Shown here: one piece after another, positions 8,117 to 17,937 of the stretch
How the letters are laid out: each line of letters opens with the position of its first letter
Position numbering within the stretch: the first letter of the stretch is position 1
DNA from: Bacillota bacterium
Lineage (GTDB): Bacteria; Bacillota; Clostridia; Acetivibrionales; DTU013
Direction of reading: 5' to 3'
NCBI GenBank assembly: GCA_023412915.1
Contig: JAEZRE010000014.1
Location: 156,164 to 220,163, forward strand
Length of the DNA: 64,000 bases
The notes under the pieces: model-generated
The model's database searches: none
Told to the model about the DNA's origin: nothing
Seen by the model: only the letters and a program-made list of their open reading frames with translations
Position numbers and translations under genes: made by a program

Positions 8117-11100
8117 TTACGCGAAATAGCGTATTCCTGCTTCGAACAAAAGCTGATCCTTGTTTCCCGGGACGTTTATGCAAACGTTGCTTCCCTTTCT
8201 CTCCGAATGACCCATTTTGCCCAATACTCTTCCGTCGGGGCTTGTTATGCCCTCAATGGCATACATCGAACCGTTCGGATTGTATCTGATATCGTAAGTT
8301 GCTTTCCCGTCGAGGTCTACGTACTGTGTTGCGATCTGTCCGTTCGCGGCGAGTTTTGCTATTGCGGCCTCCGGGGCGACGAACCTGCCCTCGCCGTGCG
8401 ATACCGCGATTGTATGCATATCCCCGACTTTTACGTTATTGAACCAGGGCGACTTGTTGGAAGCTATCCTTGTCCGGACCATGCACGAAACATGTCTGCC
8501 TATCGAATTGAATGTCAGCGTAGGGCTTTCCGCATCCATTTCCCTTATCTCGCCGTAAGGCAGCAGACCGAGCTTGACCAGCGCCTGGAAACCGTTGCAG
8601 ATGCCCAGTATCAGTCCGTCCCGTTTAAGCAGCATGTCCATGACGGCTTCCTTGATGTACGGGTTCCTGAACACGGTTGCAATGAATTTTCCGGAGCCCT
8701 CCGGTTCGTCTCCCGCGCTGAATCCGCCTGGGAACATGATGATCCGGCTTTCGGATATCCTCTGTCTCATGGCCTGTATAGTCTCGTTGATACTTTCAGG
8801 CGTCAGGTTCTTTACGATGAACGTATCTGCGGTACTGCCCGCATTTTCGAAAGCTTTTGCAGAATCATACTCGCAATTGGTCCCCGGGAATACCGGAATG
8901 AATACTCTCGGTTTAGCCGTCTGTATCCGGGACATATTCTTTGCTGTACAAGCCTTTGCATTATTGTCGCCTGTTTCTTTATAAAAATCGTAGGTTACGG
9001 CTCTGCCGCTTTCAGCTTCCGTCTTTGTCGGGAAAATGCGTTCGAGCGGCTTCATCCAGTTTTCCACCATGTCTTCTAGCTCGAGCGTGACGCTGTCCTG
9101 CTTTGAGCCAGGTTTTGATTCCTGCTTGCCTGCTGAAAGACAGGCATCCTGCATATCGTCTTTTACTATTGTGACGGCGGGCCTTTCCATGGTATTACCG
9201 ATAATTGCGAACGGCAGCCTGCCGAAGAGGCTTTGTACGTCTTCTGCCGCATCTAGTTCGAGTATGATCGAGCCGTAATCGGGAGCAAAAAGGTCCAAAC
9301 CGTCCGCTTTTATCTCCACTCCAATCATGTTGCCGAAGCACATCCTGCTTACGGCTCCCGCTATTCCGCCTTCCCGGACGGTACCGGCCGCTAGTATTTT
9401 ATCCGCTTTAGCCAGCTGATGCACCTTTACGAATATGCTATCGAGCTGTTCAAAATCCGGCAATTCGTTATTATCTCTCACCAGTTTGAGCATTACAACC
9501 TGGCTGCCGGGCTTTTTGAATTCCGAAGACAGGGTCTTGCCGGCATCGGAAACTGCCACCGCGAAAGCAACAAGCGTCGGCGGGACATTCAGGTCCCTGA
9601 AGGTGCCCGACATGCTGTCCTTGCCGCCGATTGCAGCTATCTTGAGCTTCATCTGCGCATAATAAGCTCCCAGCAAAGCGCTGAAAGGTTTACCCCATCT
9701 GGAGGGTTCCTTTCCCGGCTTTTCGAAATATTCCTGCAGAGTCAGTCTCGCAGTTCTGTAATCGCCACCCAACGCAGCTATTTTGGCAGCCGCCTCTACA
9801 ATCGCATAAATTGCACCGTGGAACGGGCTCCACTTCGCGATAGCAGGGTTGAAACCGAATGACATGAGCGTGCAGGTGTCGGTATCGCCCTTAAGCACCG
9901 GCAGCTTTGCGGCCATACCTTCAGCCGGGCTCAGCTGATATTTGCCTCCGAACGGCATAAGGACAGTTCCCGCCCCTATCGTGCTGTCGAAACGTTCAAC
10001 AAGCCCCTTCTGGCCGCACAGTTCGAGCTTCTGCAAATCCTCCAGCCATTTGGCTGCAATTTCGTTCAATTCTGCCGATTCATTCGAAGCTGCTGCAGTT
10101 CCAGCCTTGCTCGACGTTAAAGCTGCACTCGAAGTTGGACTTGCACTTGAAGTTAGAGTTGAACTCGAAGCTAGAGTAGTACTCGAAGTTGAAGTTGAAC
10201 TCGAAGCTGACGCCGAAGCTGCTTTTTTACCAGTTCTCCTCCTGAAGTAATTTCCCTCTTCGTCCGGTTCTTTCACTTCTATATCTATGTTTTGCTTTAC
10301 ACCGTTCGTATCGAGGAATTCCCTGCTCAAGTCGACAATGACCTTTCCGCGCCATGTCATCCTGAGCCTGCCCGTATCCGTCACCACTGCCACCTGCGTA
10401 GCTTCCAGGTTTTCCTGTGCGGCTGCGGCGATGAACCTCTCCTCGTCTTCCTTTGTCACCACGACGGCCATTCTCTCCTGCGATTCGGATATTGCAAGCT
10501 CCGTCCCGTCCAAGCCCTCATATTTTTTAGGCACCTTGTCGAGATCTATGTCGAGCCCTTCTGCGAGCTCGCCTATTGCTACGGATACCCCGCCTGCGCC
10601 GAAGTCATTGCACCTTTTTATCATCCTGCTGACGGTCTCGTTCCTGAAAAGCCTTTGAATCTTTCTTTCCGTCGGAGGATTGCCCTTCTGCACCTCCGCC
10701 CCGCAGGTCAAAAGTGATTTTTCGTCATGCTCCTTGGATGAGCCCGTGGCTCCGCCGCAGCCGTCGCGTCCGGTCCTGCCGCCCAAAAGTATTATTACGT
10801 CACCGGGCTTGGGCTCCTCCCTTACCACGTTCCTCTTTGGCGCAGCGCCTATAACCGCGCCTATTTCCATACGCTTCGCGACATAGCCTTCATCGTAAAT
10901 CTCGGCTACCTGGCCCGTAGCGAGCCCTATCTGGTTACCGTACGAGCTGTAGCCTGCAGCGGCGCCTGTGGTGATCTTCCTTTGGGGAAGCTTGCCCGCC
11001 AACGTATCTGCGACCTTCGTTCTGGGATCGCCGCTTCCCGTGACCCTCATTGCCTGGTAGACATAGGAACGTCCGGACAGCGGATCGCGTATCGCGCCGC

Positions 11101-12142
11101 CGAGGCAGGTCGCAGCGCCGCCGAACGGCTCTATTTCAGTAGGGTGATTGTGGGTCTCGTTTTTGAACATTACGAGCCAATCCTCCGGTTTGCCGTCGAT
11201 ATTGGCCTTCACTACGATGCTGCAGGCGTTTATCTCATCCGAAGCATCGAGGTCGTCGAGCTTTCCGCGCTTTTTAAGTTCCTTCATCGCGATAGTTGCC
11301 ATGTCCATCAGGCAAACGTCTTTTTCCCTGTCTCCATAGACATATTTTCTCGACTCGAAATATTTAGCGTAAACATCCTTTATCAATCCGTTATATTGAC
11401 CGTCTTCAAATTTAACGTCATTTATATTCGTCAGAAAAGTCGTATGTCTGCAATGATCGGACCAGTAGGTATCTATCATCCTTATCTCGGTGATCGTCGG
11501 GTCCCTGTGTTCCTTATCGTTGAAATACCGCCTGCAGAATTCCAGATCTTCCGCGGACATTGCCATGCCGAGTTCGTTTTGAAGCAAGGCTATTTCATCA
11601 GCGGTCTTGCCGCAAAAGCCCTTCATTGTTGAAACATCCCCGGGGTAGTCGAGCTCGACGTCCAGTGTTTCCGGCTTGTCCATCGAGGCCTCATGGCTTT
11701 CTACGGGGTTTATGCAATACGCCTTTATCCTTTCGAATTCTTCAGCAGTTATGCCGCCTTCAAGCACGATCAGCTTTGCAGCTTTGCAGCGCGGCCTTAC
11801 TCCGAGTGTCAGGAACTGAATACACTGTGACGCGGAATCGGCTCTCTGGTCATATTGCCCCGGCAGGTACTCTATCGCAAATACTTTTTCGTTTTCGGCA
11901 AGCTTCAGTGTTTCTTCATATATATTGTCAACCGGGGGTTCCGAGAAAATGACGCAGCGCGAAGCGCTGTATTCCTCATCCGTTATGTCCGATATGTCAT
12001 ACCGGTTTATGATCCTGACGCCGCTCAGGCCTTTAATACCGAGGTTTCCCCTAAGGTCCCTGAAAAGGCCCTGCGCTTCGACGTCGTAACCTTTCATCTT
12101 TTCTGCGAACACGCGTCTTACCTTATTTCTCTGCCCACTCAT
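8117..12142 (-). CDS. purL: phosphoribosylformylglycinamidine (FGAM) synthase, single-chain type with C-terminal glutaminase
   Basis: 1341 aa with two AIR-synthase-related halves (NHPTEIEPFGGAATCLGG, ERFDSTIGAGTVLMPFGGK) and the C-terminal GATase motif LGICNGFQAL. It carries an S/T/A-rich insert (see repeat 10110-10217). Confidence 0.95.
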   Translation of the reverse strand: MSGQRNKVRRVFAEKMKGYDVEAQGLFRDLRGNLGIKGLSGVRIINRYDISDITDEEYSASRCVIFSEPPVDNIYEETLKLAENEKVFAIEYLPGQYDQRADSASQCIQFLTLGVRPRCKAAKLIVLEGGITAEEFERIKAYCINPVESHEASMDKPETLDVELDYPGDVSTMKGFCGKTADEIALLQNELGMAMSAEDLEFCRRYFNDKEHRDPTITEIRMIDTYWSDHCRHTTFLTNINDVKFEDGQYNGLIKDVYAKYFESRKYVYGDREKDVCLMDMATIAMKELKKRGKLDDLDASDEINACSIVVKANIDGKPEDWLVMFKNETHNHPTEIEPFGGAATCLGGAIRDPLSGRSYVYQAMRVTGSGDPRTKVADTLAGKLPQRKITTGAAAGYSSYGNQIGLATGQVAEIYDEGYVAKRMEIGAVIGAAPKRNVVREEPKPGDVIILLGGRTGRDGCGGATGSSKEHDEKSLLTCGAEVQKGNPPTERKIQRLFRNETVSRMIKRCNDFGAGGVSVAIGELAEGLDIDLDKVPKKYEGLDGTELAISESQERMAVVVTKEDEERFIAAAAQENLEATQVAVVTDTGRLRMTWRGKVIVDLSREFLDTNGVKQNIDIEVKEPDEEGNYFRRRTGKKAASASASSSTSTSSTTLASSSTLTSSASPTSSAALTSSKAGTAAASNESAELNEIAAKWLEDLQKLELCGQKGLVERFDSTIGAGTVLMPFGGKYQLSPAEGMAAKLPVLKGDTDTCTLMSFGFNPAIAKWSPFHGAIYAIVEAAAKIAALGGDYRTARLTLQEYFEKPGKEPSRWGKPFSALLGAYYAQMKLKIAAIGGKDSMSGTFRDLNVPPTLVAFAVAVSDAGKTLSSEFKKPGSQVVMLKLVRDNNELPDFEQLDSIFVKVHQLAKADKILAAGTVREGGIAGAVSRMCFGNMIGVEIKADGLDLFAPDYGSIILELDAAEDVQSLFGRLPFAIIGNTMERPAVTIVKDDMQDACLSAGKQESKPGSKQDSVTLELEDMVENWMKPLERIFPTKTEAESGRAVTYDFYKETGDNNAKACTAKNMSRIQTAKPRVFIPVFPGTNCEYDSAKAFENAGSTADTFIVKNLTPESINETIQAMRQRISESRIIMFPGGFSAGDEPEGSGKFIATVFRNPYIKEAVMDMLLKRDGLILGICNGFQALVKLGLLPYGEIREMDAESPTLTFNSIGRHVSCMVRTRIASNKSPWFNNVKVGDMHTIAVSHGEGRFVAPEAAIAKLAANGQIATQYVDLDGKATYDIRYNPNGSMYAIEGITSPDGRVLGKMGHSERKGSNVCINVPGNKDQLLFEAGIRYFA
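10110..10217. repeat. 6 tandem copies of an 18-bp unit (ctcgaagttgaagttgaa-like) inside purL
   Basis: Unit starts at 10110, 10128, 10146, 10164, 10182 and 10200. On the minus strand it is in frame and encodes AASASASSSTSTSSTTLASSSTLTSSASPTSSAALTSS. Confidence 0.85.
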
Positions 12143-12261
12143 GCTATATACCTCAAATCCGGCTCGCGGCCATTTATTTCAGCTTTGTTATATTTACATT
12201 ATACACACTATTAATATATAATTAAAATTAATATATTTAATACATTTTATTAGGTGTGCTT

Positions 12262-13152
12262 ATGGATATCAATTTCGAGCATTACAAGGTATTTTATAAC
12301 GTCGCCAAGCTGGGCAGCTTCTCCGCCGCGGCAAAGGAGCTTTTCATATCGCAGTCCGCCGTTAGTCAGTCGATAAAGACTCTCGAGGAGCAGACGGGCA
12401 GCGTGTTGTTTTCGCGCGGGCCAAGGAGCGTCAAGCTCACCGCCGTCGGCGAAATGCTTTTCAGCCATGTCGAGCAGGCATATAACCTGATAAGGGCAGC
12501 CGAAAGCAAAATTCGTGAAATGCAGTCCTTCGGCCTCGGCGAGATAAAAATAGGCGTCGGCGATACCATACTACGCTTTTTACTTATTCCCTTCCTACAA
12601 AAGTTTATTAAGAAATACCCCAAAATAAAGCTGCAGATAATCAACAGGACCTCCTCCGGTATTATAGAATCGTTGAAATCGGGAGCCGTGGATCTTGGCA
12701 TTGTGACGCTTCCCGTTGAGGACAAGGATGTTGAAACCCTGGAATTCCGCACTGTCGAGGATATATTTGTCGCTTCCGGCCGTTTCGCAGAACTAAAAAA
12801 CAAATCCATAGCCTCGCAGGAATTATCGCGGCTGCCGCTGCTGCTCCTACAGAAGGACAGCCTGACGCGCAGGAATCTTGACGCTTTTTTCGCATCAAAA
12901 GGCTTGAACATCGTTCCCGAAATAGAGCTCGAAAGCATGGAGCTGCTTATCGAATTGGCCAAAATCGGGCTCGGCATAGCGTACGTACTAAAGGAAAGCG
13001 CTGACTCACTCGTTTCCGAAGGCGAGCTCTTCATCCTTAAAACTGAAGACCGGATGCCCGTCAGGAAGCTCGGGCTCGCAAAGCTGAAAAACGTGCCTCT
13101 GTCCCCCGCTGCCGATCTGTTCCTTTCCGAACTTGGTAATGTACAAATATAA
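12262..13152 (+). CDS. LysR-family transcriptional regulator
   Basis: N-terminal HTH FYNVAKLGSFSAAAKELFISQSAVSQSIKTLEEQTG plus a LysR substrate-binding domain. ATG at 12262 follows RBS TAGGTG (GTG 12256 is also in frame). Divergent from purL. Confidence 0.9.
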   Translation: MDINFEHYKVFYNVAKLGSFSAAAKELFISQSAVSQSIKTLEEQTGSVLFSRGPRSVKLTAVGEMLFSHVEQAYNLIRAAESKIREMQSFGLGEIKIGVGDTILRFLLIPFLQKFIKKYPKIKLQIINRTSSGIIESLKSGAVDLGIVTLPVEDKDVETLEFRTVEDIFVASGRFAELKNKSIASQELSRLPLLLLQKDSLTRRNLDAFFASKGLNIVPEIELESMELLIELAKIGLGIAYVLKESADSLVSEGELFILKTEDRMPVRKLGLAKLKNVPLSPAADLFLSELGNVQI

Positions 13153-13312
13153 AAACATTAATTTTTTTTACGGTTTCTTGACCAACACTGATATCAAGCA
13201 TCTACTTTGTTTATTTCATATTATCTTTATGTTATGATTTATCCGTAAACACAACTTTTGGGCATTTTTAAGAGGTTGTGTTTTAATTTACCGCATGGAA
13301 GGGATGGTATAT

Positions 13313-13867
13313 ATGTCGGACCAGATCAGACAAATAGCCGCAAGGATCAGAGACCTGCGCGATATTGCAGGCCTGTCCATAGAAACCTTGGCAGGCGAAC
13401 TCGGTATCACGGCTGAAGAATACAGGGAATTTGAAGGCGGAGAGGTTGACATACCCATAGGTTTCCTTTATGAACTGGCCAACAGGTTCCACGTCGAATT
13501 GACCGCAATATTGACAGGCGAGGATCCCAGACTCCATACCTACTGCCTTGTGAGGAAAAACAAGGGCGTGAACGTCGACCGCAAAAATCCGTACAAGTAC
13601 CAAAGTCTTGCGTACAATTTCATAAATAAAAAATCCGAGCCGTTCATGGTCACCGTGGAACCCGAAGCCGACGACGTCCCGATCCACCTCAACAACCACC
13701 CTGGACAGGAATTCAACTATGTTATGGAAGGCACGCTGATGATTTACCTTGACGGACATCAGCTCATACTGAACGAAGGAGATTCCCTCTATTTCGATTC
13801 CGGCTGCAACCACGGCATGAAGGCAGTCGGCGGTAAGCTGGCCAGGTTCCTCGCAATTATATTCTGA
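13313..13867 (+). CDS. XRE-family HTH plus cupin-domain transcriptional regulator
   Basis: HTH IRDLRDIAGLSIETLAGELGITAEEYREFE and a C-terminal cupin (HPGQEFNYVMEGTLMIYLDG...GDSLYFDS). RBS GGAAGGGA lies 8 nt upstream of ATG 13313. Confidence 0.85.
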   Translation: MSDQIRQIAARIRDLRDIAGLSIETLAGELGITAEEYREFEGGEVDIPIGFLYELANRFHVELTAILTGEDPRLHTYCLVRKNKGVNVDRKNPYKYQSLAYNFINKKSEPFMVTVEPEADDVPIHLNNHPGQEFNYVMEGTLMIYLDGHQLILNEGDSLYFDSGCNHGMKAVGGKLARFLAIIF

Positions 13868-13954
13868 TACACAGCTTGCTTTTTTAATTACTACTGTTTG
13901 AATGGCTTCAAAGTATATTTGCAACATTATTTTTAAAGACAGGGGTTTTTTATT

Positions 13955-15607
13955 ATGTTGGAAAAGTTTCTGAATAAACATGATTTCAAATCATACGACG
14001 ATTTCTTTGAAAATTACAGCGTAAGCACGCCGGATAATTTCAACTACGCATATGACGTGGTCGACGCGATCGCCGCCAAAACGCCTGAAACAAGAGCTAT
14101 GGTGTGGTGCGATGACAAGGGCGCGGAGGCGGTCTTCAATTTCGACCAGCTGAAGCGTTACAGCAACAAGGCTGCCAACTTCTTCAAGGGACTCGGTATC
14201 AAAAAAGGCGATCCGGTAATGCTGATACTCAAAAGACGCTACGAGTTCTGGTTCTGCCTGCTGGGGCTTCATAAGCTGGGCGCCGTCTGCATACCTGCCA
14301 CCCATCTGCTCACGAAAAAGGATATCGTCTACAGGTGCAACGCCGCGGACATCAAAATGATCGTATCCGTTGCTGACAATGAAGTTATAAAGCATGCGGA
14401 GGAAGCCATGCCCGACTCACCCTCACTCAAGTTCCGGGCCATAGTCGACGGTTCGCATGAAGGCTGGATCGATTTTGAAAGCGAACTCGAAAAAGCCTCG
14501 GATATATTTGAAAGGCCCACGGGCGGCGAGGATACCAAAAACAGCGATATGATGCTGCTGTACTTCACTTCCGGTACAACCGGCATGCCCAAGATGGTAC
14601 AGCACAATTTCACCTACCCTCTCGGCCATATACTGACCGCAAAATACTGGCAGAACGTGCTTGACGGCGGCCTTCACCTCACTGTCGCAGATACCGGCTG
14701 GGCCAAGGCTATGTGGGGCAAGATCTACGGGCAGTGGATAGGCGGTTCGGCCATATTCGTATATGATTATGATAAATTCGTTCCCAAGGAATTGCTCGAC
14801 GTCATAGTCAAGCACAAGGTGACTTCCTTCTGCGCACCGCCTACGATATACAGATTCTTCATCAAGGAAGACCTGTCCAAATTTGACTTAAGCAGTCTCA
14901 AGCACTGCTCGATCGCTGGCGAACCGCTGAATCCGGAGGTCTACAACCAGTTCCTCAAGGCAACGGGCATGAAACTCATGGAAGGCTACGGACAGACAGA
15001 GCTCACAATAACGCTCGCCACCTTCCCCTGGATGGAACCGAAGCCCGGCTCAATGGGCAAGCCTGCCCCGGGTTACGACATCGATCTCCTCGATGAAAAC
15101 GGCAACTCCTGCGATGTCGGCGAAGAGGGCCAAATCGTTATCCATACCGACAAGCACAAGCCTTATGGCATGTTTGACGGCTATTACAGGGATCCCGACC
15201 TCACGCGCAAGGTCTGGCACGACGATATCTACTATACGGGCGACATGGCCTGGAAGGACGAAGACGGCTATTTCTGGTTTGTTGGCAGGGCTGACGACCT
15301 GATCAAAAGCTCGGGCTACAGGATCGGACCCTTCGAAGTCGAAAGCGCCTTACTTGAGCACCCCGCAGTGTTGGAATGCGCGATAACAGCCGTTCCTGAC
15401 CCCGACAGGGGCCAGATCGTCAAGGCTACGGTCGTGCTGGCAAAGAATTACGTCGCAAGCGACAATCTGGTAAAGGAGCTTCAGGACCACGTAAAAAAGG
15501 TCACCGCGCCTTATAAATACCCGAGGCTCATAGAGTTCGTAAACGAGCTTCCGAAAACGATCAGCGGCAAGATCAGAAGGGTTGAAATCCGCGAGCACGA
15601 CGAATAA
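13955..15607 (+). CDS. AMP-forming acyl-CoA synthetase/ligase (medium-chain/acetyl-CoA synthetase-like)
   Basis: AMP-binding motifs [40 protein letters not shown] and SGKIRR. Confidence 0.9.
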   Translation: MLEKFLNKHDFKSYDDFFENYSVSTPDNFNYAYDVVDAIAAKTPETRAMVWCDDKGAEAVFNFDQLKRYSNKAANFFKGLGIKKGDPVMLILKRRYEFWFCLLGLHKLGAVCIPATHLLTKKDIVYRCNAADIKMIVSVADNEVIKHAEEAMPDSPSLKFRAIVDGSHEGWIDFESELEKASDIFERPTGGEDTKNSDMMLLYFTSGTTGMPKMVQHNFTYPLGHILTAKYWQNVLDGGLHLTVADTGWAKAMWGKIYGQWIGGSAIFVYDYDKFVPKELLDVIVKHKVTSFCAPPTIYRFFIKEDLSKFDLSSLKHCSIAGEPLNPEVYNQFLKATGMKLMEGYGQTELTITLATFPWMEPKPGSMGKPAPGYDIDLLDENGNSCDVGEEGQIVIHTDKHKPYGMFDGYYRDPDLTRKVWHDDIYYTGDMAWKDEDGYFWFVGRADDLIKSSGYRIGPFEVESALLEHPAVLECAITAVPDPDRGQIVKATVVLAKNYVASDNLVKELQDHVKKVTAPYKYPRLIEFVNELPKTISGKIRRVEIREHDE

Positions 15608-15621
15608 AGCTTAATTTCAAA

Positions 15622-15654
15622 AGAGCAGATGCCTGTAAAAGACATCTGCTCTTT
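15622..15654 (+). terminator. hairpin after the acyl-CoA synthetase gene
   Basis: 10-bp perfect stem agagcagatg / catctgctct with an 11-nt loop. The T tract is short, so the call is only moderate. Confidence 0.5.
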
Positions 15655-15809
15655 ACATTCCATCACAAATTACGTCTTCATAACCGGCAATTTCAGCCCG
15701 GTTTCCGGGAATGCCGATCCGGCTTTCTTGAATGCCGGCTTTTAAGTACAGACTTTCAAAAGCGCTTAAACATTTGATTGAAAACAGTAATTTACTTGTT
15801 CAGCCGGTC

Positions 15810-16676
15810 TTACCTCAGCATATCGGCCGCCTTTACACCCGGATGATGATACTTGATTCCTTCAGCCCTGCTCCAATGGCGTATCGCGCCTGACGGGCAC
15901 CACTCGTCGCATGCAAAGCACATTTCGCATCTGTGTTGAAATAACGGCTTCTTATCGACTATCCTGATATTGCTCACAGGACACACCTTTGCACACATAC
16001 CGCAGCCGATGCATTTATCATTAAGGCTGATGCTTTTATCCGTTAACGGCACCAATTCGGAATATTCCAGTTTCGAATCCTCCGGTTCCTTTGCTTTTTC
16101 CTTAAGGGCTTTTATTACCGCCGGCCGCATCAATTTGTACAGCGGCGTCATAATCAGAATAAAGAAATTCTTTATTAATCCATACCGGGTACCTTTTTTG
16201 CTTAATATGCGATTACATATATCCTCGACTTTAGCTGTAGCTGATTTTATTATCAAGTCCTGATCTCTGACAATGGGAATCGGTATATGGTCGTAATCCA
16301 GGTTGTTCATCGGGAGCCTTACTGAATACTCCTCTTTCAGCGCTCCGCCACAGGACCTTATTATCCGTCTCAGTCTTTTAAGCGGCGCGAGCGCATTGAC
16401 ACACTCATACCCGCCGCAGGTGCAAACGGCAAAAATATCCAGCGTTCCGATATTGGATATTTTTCTTACGAATCTCTCCACTAAAAGGGGTACACCCGAT
16501 AACGGAGCAAGGTATGACGGAAAAACGATCCCTATGCTATCGGAATCAATATGTATTCGATCCATATCCATTACTTTAGGAATGGATATCAATTCCGCAT
16601 TTATTTTATTTGCGATATCTCTTGCCACGACGTATGAATTGCCCGTTGCCGAGAAATAAAATATTTTTGTACTCAT
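15810..16676 (-). CDS. flavodoxin-like domain plus 2x[4Fe-4S] ferredoxin domain protein (EFR1-like)
   Basis: N-terminal KIFYFSATGNSYVVARDIA (flavodoxin-like). C-terminal cysteine clusters CIGCGMCAKVCP and CEMCFACDEWCP. Confidence 0.75.
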   Translation of the reverse strand: MSTKIFYFSATGNSYVVARDIANKINAELISIPKVMDMDRIHIDSDSIGIVFPSYLAPLSGVPLLVERFVRKISNIGTLDIFAVCTCGGYECVNALAPLKRLRRIIRSCGGALKEEYSVRLPMNNLDYDHIPIPIVRDQDLIIKSATAKVEDICNRILSKKGTRYGLIKNFFILIMTPLYKLMRPAVIKALKEKAKEPEDSKLEYSELVPLTDKSISLNDKCIGCGMCAKVCPVSNIRIVDKKPLFQHRCEMCFACDEWCPSGAIRHWSRAEGIKYHHPGVKAADMLR

Positions 16677-16747
16677 CGCCCCACCTGAATAACCGATAAT
16701 AAATTTTCATCTGTATAAGCTAAATTATACTGATGTTTTATCGTAAC

Positions 16748-17350
16748 CTAGCATTGAGCCCCCTCCGCAATATCATTTTTGAAAAAAGCTTTTTTCAATA
16801 CTGCATAAGTTGATTTTATAATTATATTCAATATTAAATAGATGATAATTGCTATAACCAAAGCGAGAATATCACTGGTAGAATTCATTATAACAACTGC
16901 ACTTCTGAGTAAATCCACAAAAGCTATCACACTAAGCAGCGTTGAATATTTTATCAGTCTGCCGAATTCGAGAATGAATACAAGTACCAAAACTTTCAAC
17001 TTATTTGGATAGTCTATTGGCTTTTGGAATGCGTCGGCATGAGCATTACCAAGGCTTGCAATGTGTGCAATTGAATTCAACGTCAGTACGATAATCGCTG
17101 TCGCATAAGTGGCAAAATTAAAGCGAGGTACGATTAACGGTAATGCATAAAAGAAAAAAAACAACTGCGCCAAAAGAGGTATTCCTTCAAACAACTCGAT
17201 ATATGCTGTAGACAACATCCTTACTATTTTTGCTCCCGATCTCTTTCCCCAAAAAACCAATGCACCTGGAAAAGCTGCGATGATAATTGAAATTAACGAT
17301 ATCATTAAAGTAGCCAACAATCCTTTAAGCAGTACAGGAAAATATTCCAT
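16748..17350 (-). CDS. polar amino-acid ABC transporter permease homologue, orphan and divergent
   Basis: STAYIELFEGIPLLAQLFFFFYALP matches the HisM/GlnP-type signature (ELFRGTPLLVQLF..YGLP). The region where the EAA coupling loop is expected is shortened and unrecognisable. No ATPase or binding-protein gene is adjacent. Confidence 0.7.
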   Translation of the reverse strand: MEYFPVLLKGLLATLMISLISIIIAAFPGALVFWGKRSGAKIVRMLSTAYIELFEGIPLLAQLFFFFYALPLIVPRFNFATYATAIIVLTLNSIAHIASLGNAHADAFQKPIDYPNKLKVLVLVFILEFGRLIKYSTLLSVIAFVDLLRSAVVIMNSTSDILALVIAIIIYLILNIIIKSTYAVLKKAFFKNDIAEGAQC

Positions 17351-17416
17351 GTTTCTACCCCCTATTACCCTACGTTAGTGAAACCATAAACTATGCGTTA
17401 TGTTTAACACCTTTCA

Positions 17417-17743
17417 TTATGACGCAGTGTACAAAGTCAATGTGATAAGTATAAATAGTAAGGATACTCCCCCTGTAAAAACAATCGAAATAATTGATAA
17501 TACTTTGATTCTATTTTTCTTGCACACATCAATTATTCCTAGAACTAAAGATGAGATTCCCAATAGTATTGATATCAAGCCCAGAATACTTTTTATGTTT
17601 TGATCTACAGTCATTTCTGATGCTTGAATAAAAGAGCTAAGCATCATCATTCCTATTATCCCCAGACAAAAACAAAAAGAAATGATACTTAAAACGGATA
17701 TCTTTTTGGCTGTTACAGGATTACTCCGAGTTTCCGGTTCCAT
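17417..17743 (-). CDS. small hypothetical membrane protein (3 predicted TM helices)
   Basis: 108 aa and very hydrophobic. RBS AAAGGGGA lies 7 nt upstream of the ATG. It sits in an AT-rich segment. Confidence 0.55.
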   Translation of the reverse strand: MEPETRSNPVTAKKISVLSIISFCFCLGIIGMMMLSSFIQASEMTVDQNIKSILGLISILLGISSLVLGIIDVCKKNRIKVLSIISIVFTGGVSLLFILITLTLYTAS

Positions 17744-17854
17744 TATGTTATCCCCTTTATCTTTTATGTCCCAATTTTAATGTTATATTATGGTAACATA
17801 TGTGTCAAGAAGTTAACGCTATGGTCAAATATAAACATTTATGAGCCACGCATA

Positions 17855-17890
17855 TAAAAAAAACCTGCAGCGATTATGCCGCAGGTTTTT
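17855..17890 (-). terminator. intrinsic terminator of htpG (A-run/T-run on both sides, potentially bidirectional)
   Basis: aacctgc...gcaggtt stem flanked by A8 (plus strand 17855-17863) and T5. Confidence 0.7.
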
Positions 17891-17937
17891 GAAGAACCTT
17901 AGCTAATTAAGTTATGCATTACACTTCCCAGCCGCTT

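Noticed and set aside
7973-9079. 368-aa plus-strand ORF (also 8574-8984, 9419-9862, 10982-11632 and others) lying inside purL on the opposite strand.
   Set aside because: The minus-strand frame encodes a full-length, motif-rich FGAM synthase. The antisense ORFs have no RBS and low-complexity, Arg/Cys-rich translations, typical of shadow ORFs.
12211-12240. AT-rich near-palindromes TTAATATATAATTAA / AATTAATATATTTAA between purL and the divergent LysR gene, considered as a LysR T-N11-A box.
   Set aside because: The region is almost pure AT, so dyad symmetry is expected by chance. There is not enough evidence to annotate an operator.
13283-13981. 232-aa minus-strand ORF covering the XRE-cupin regulator gene.
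   Set aside because: The plus-strand product has a clear HTH plus cupin and a good RBS. The antisense ORF has none.
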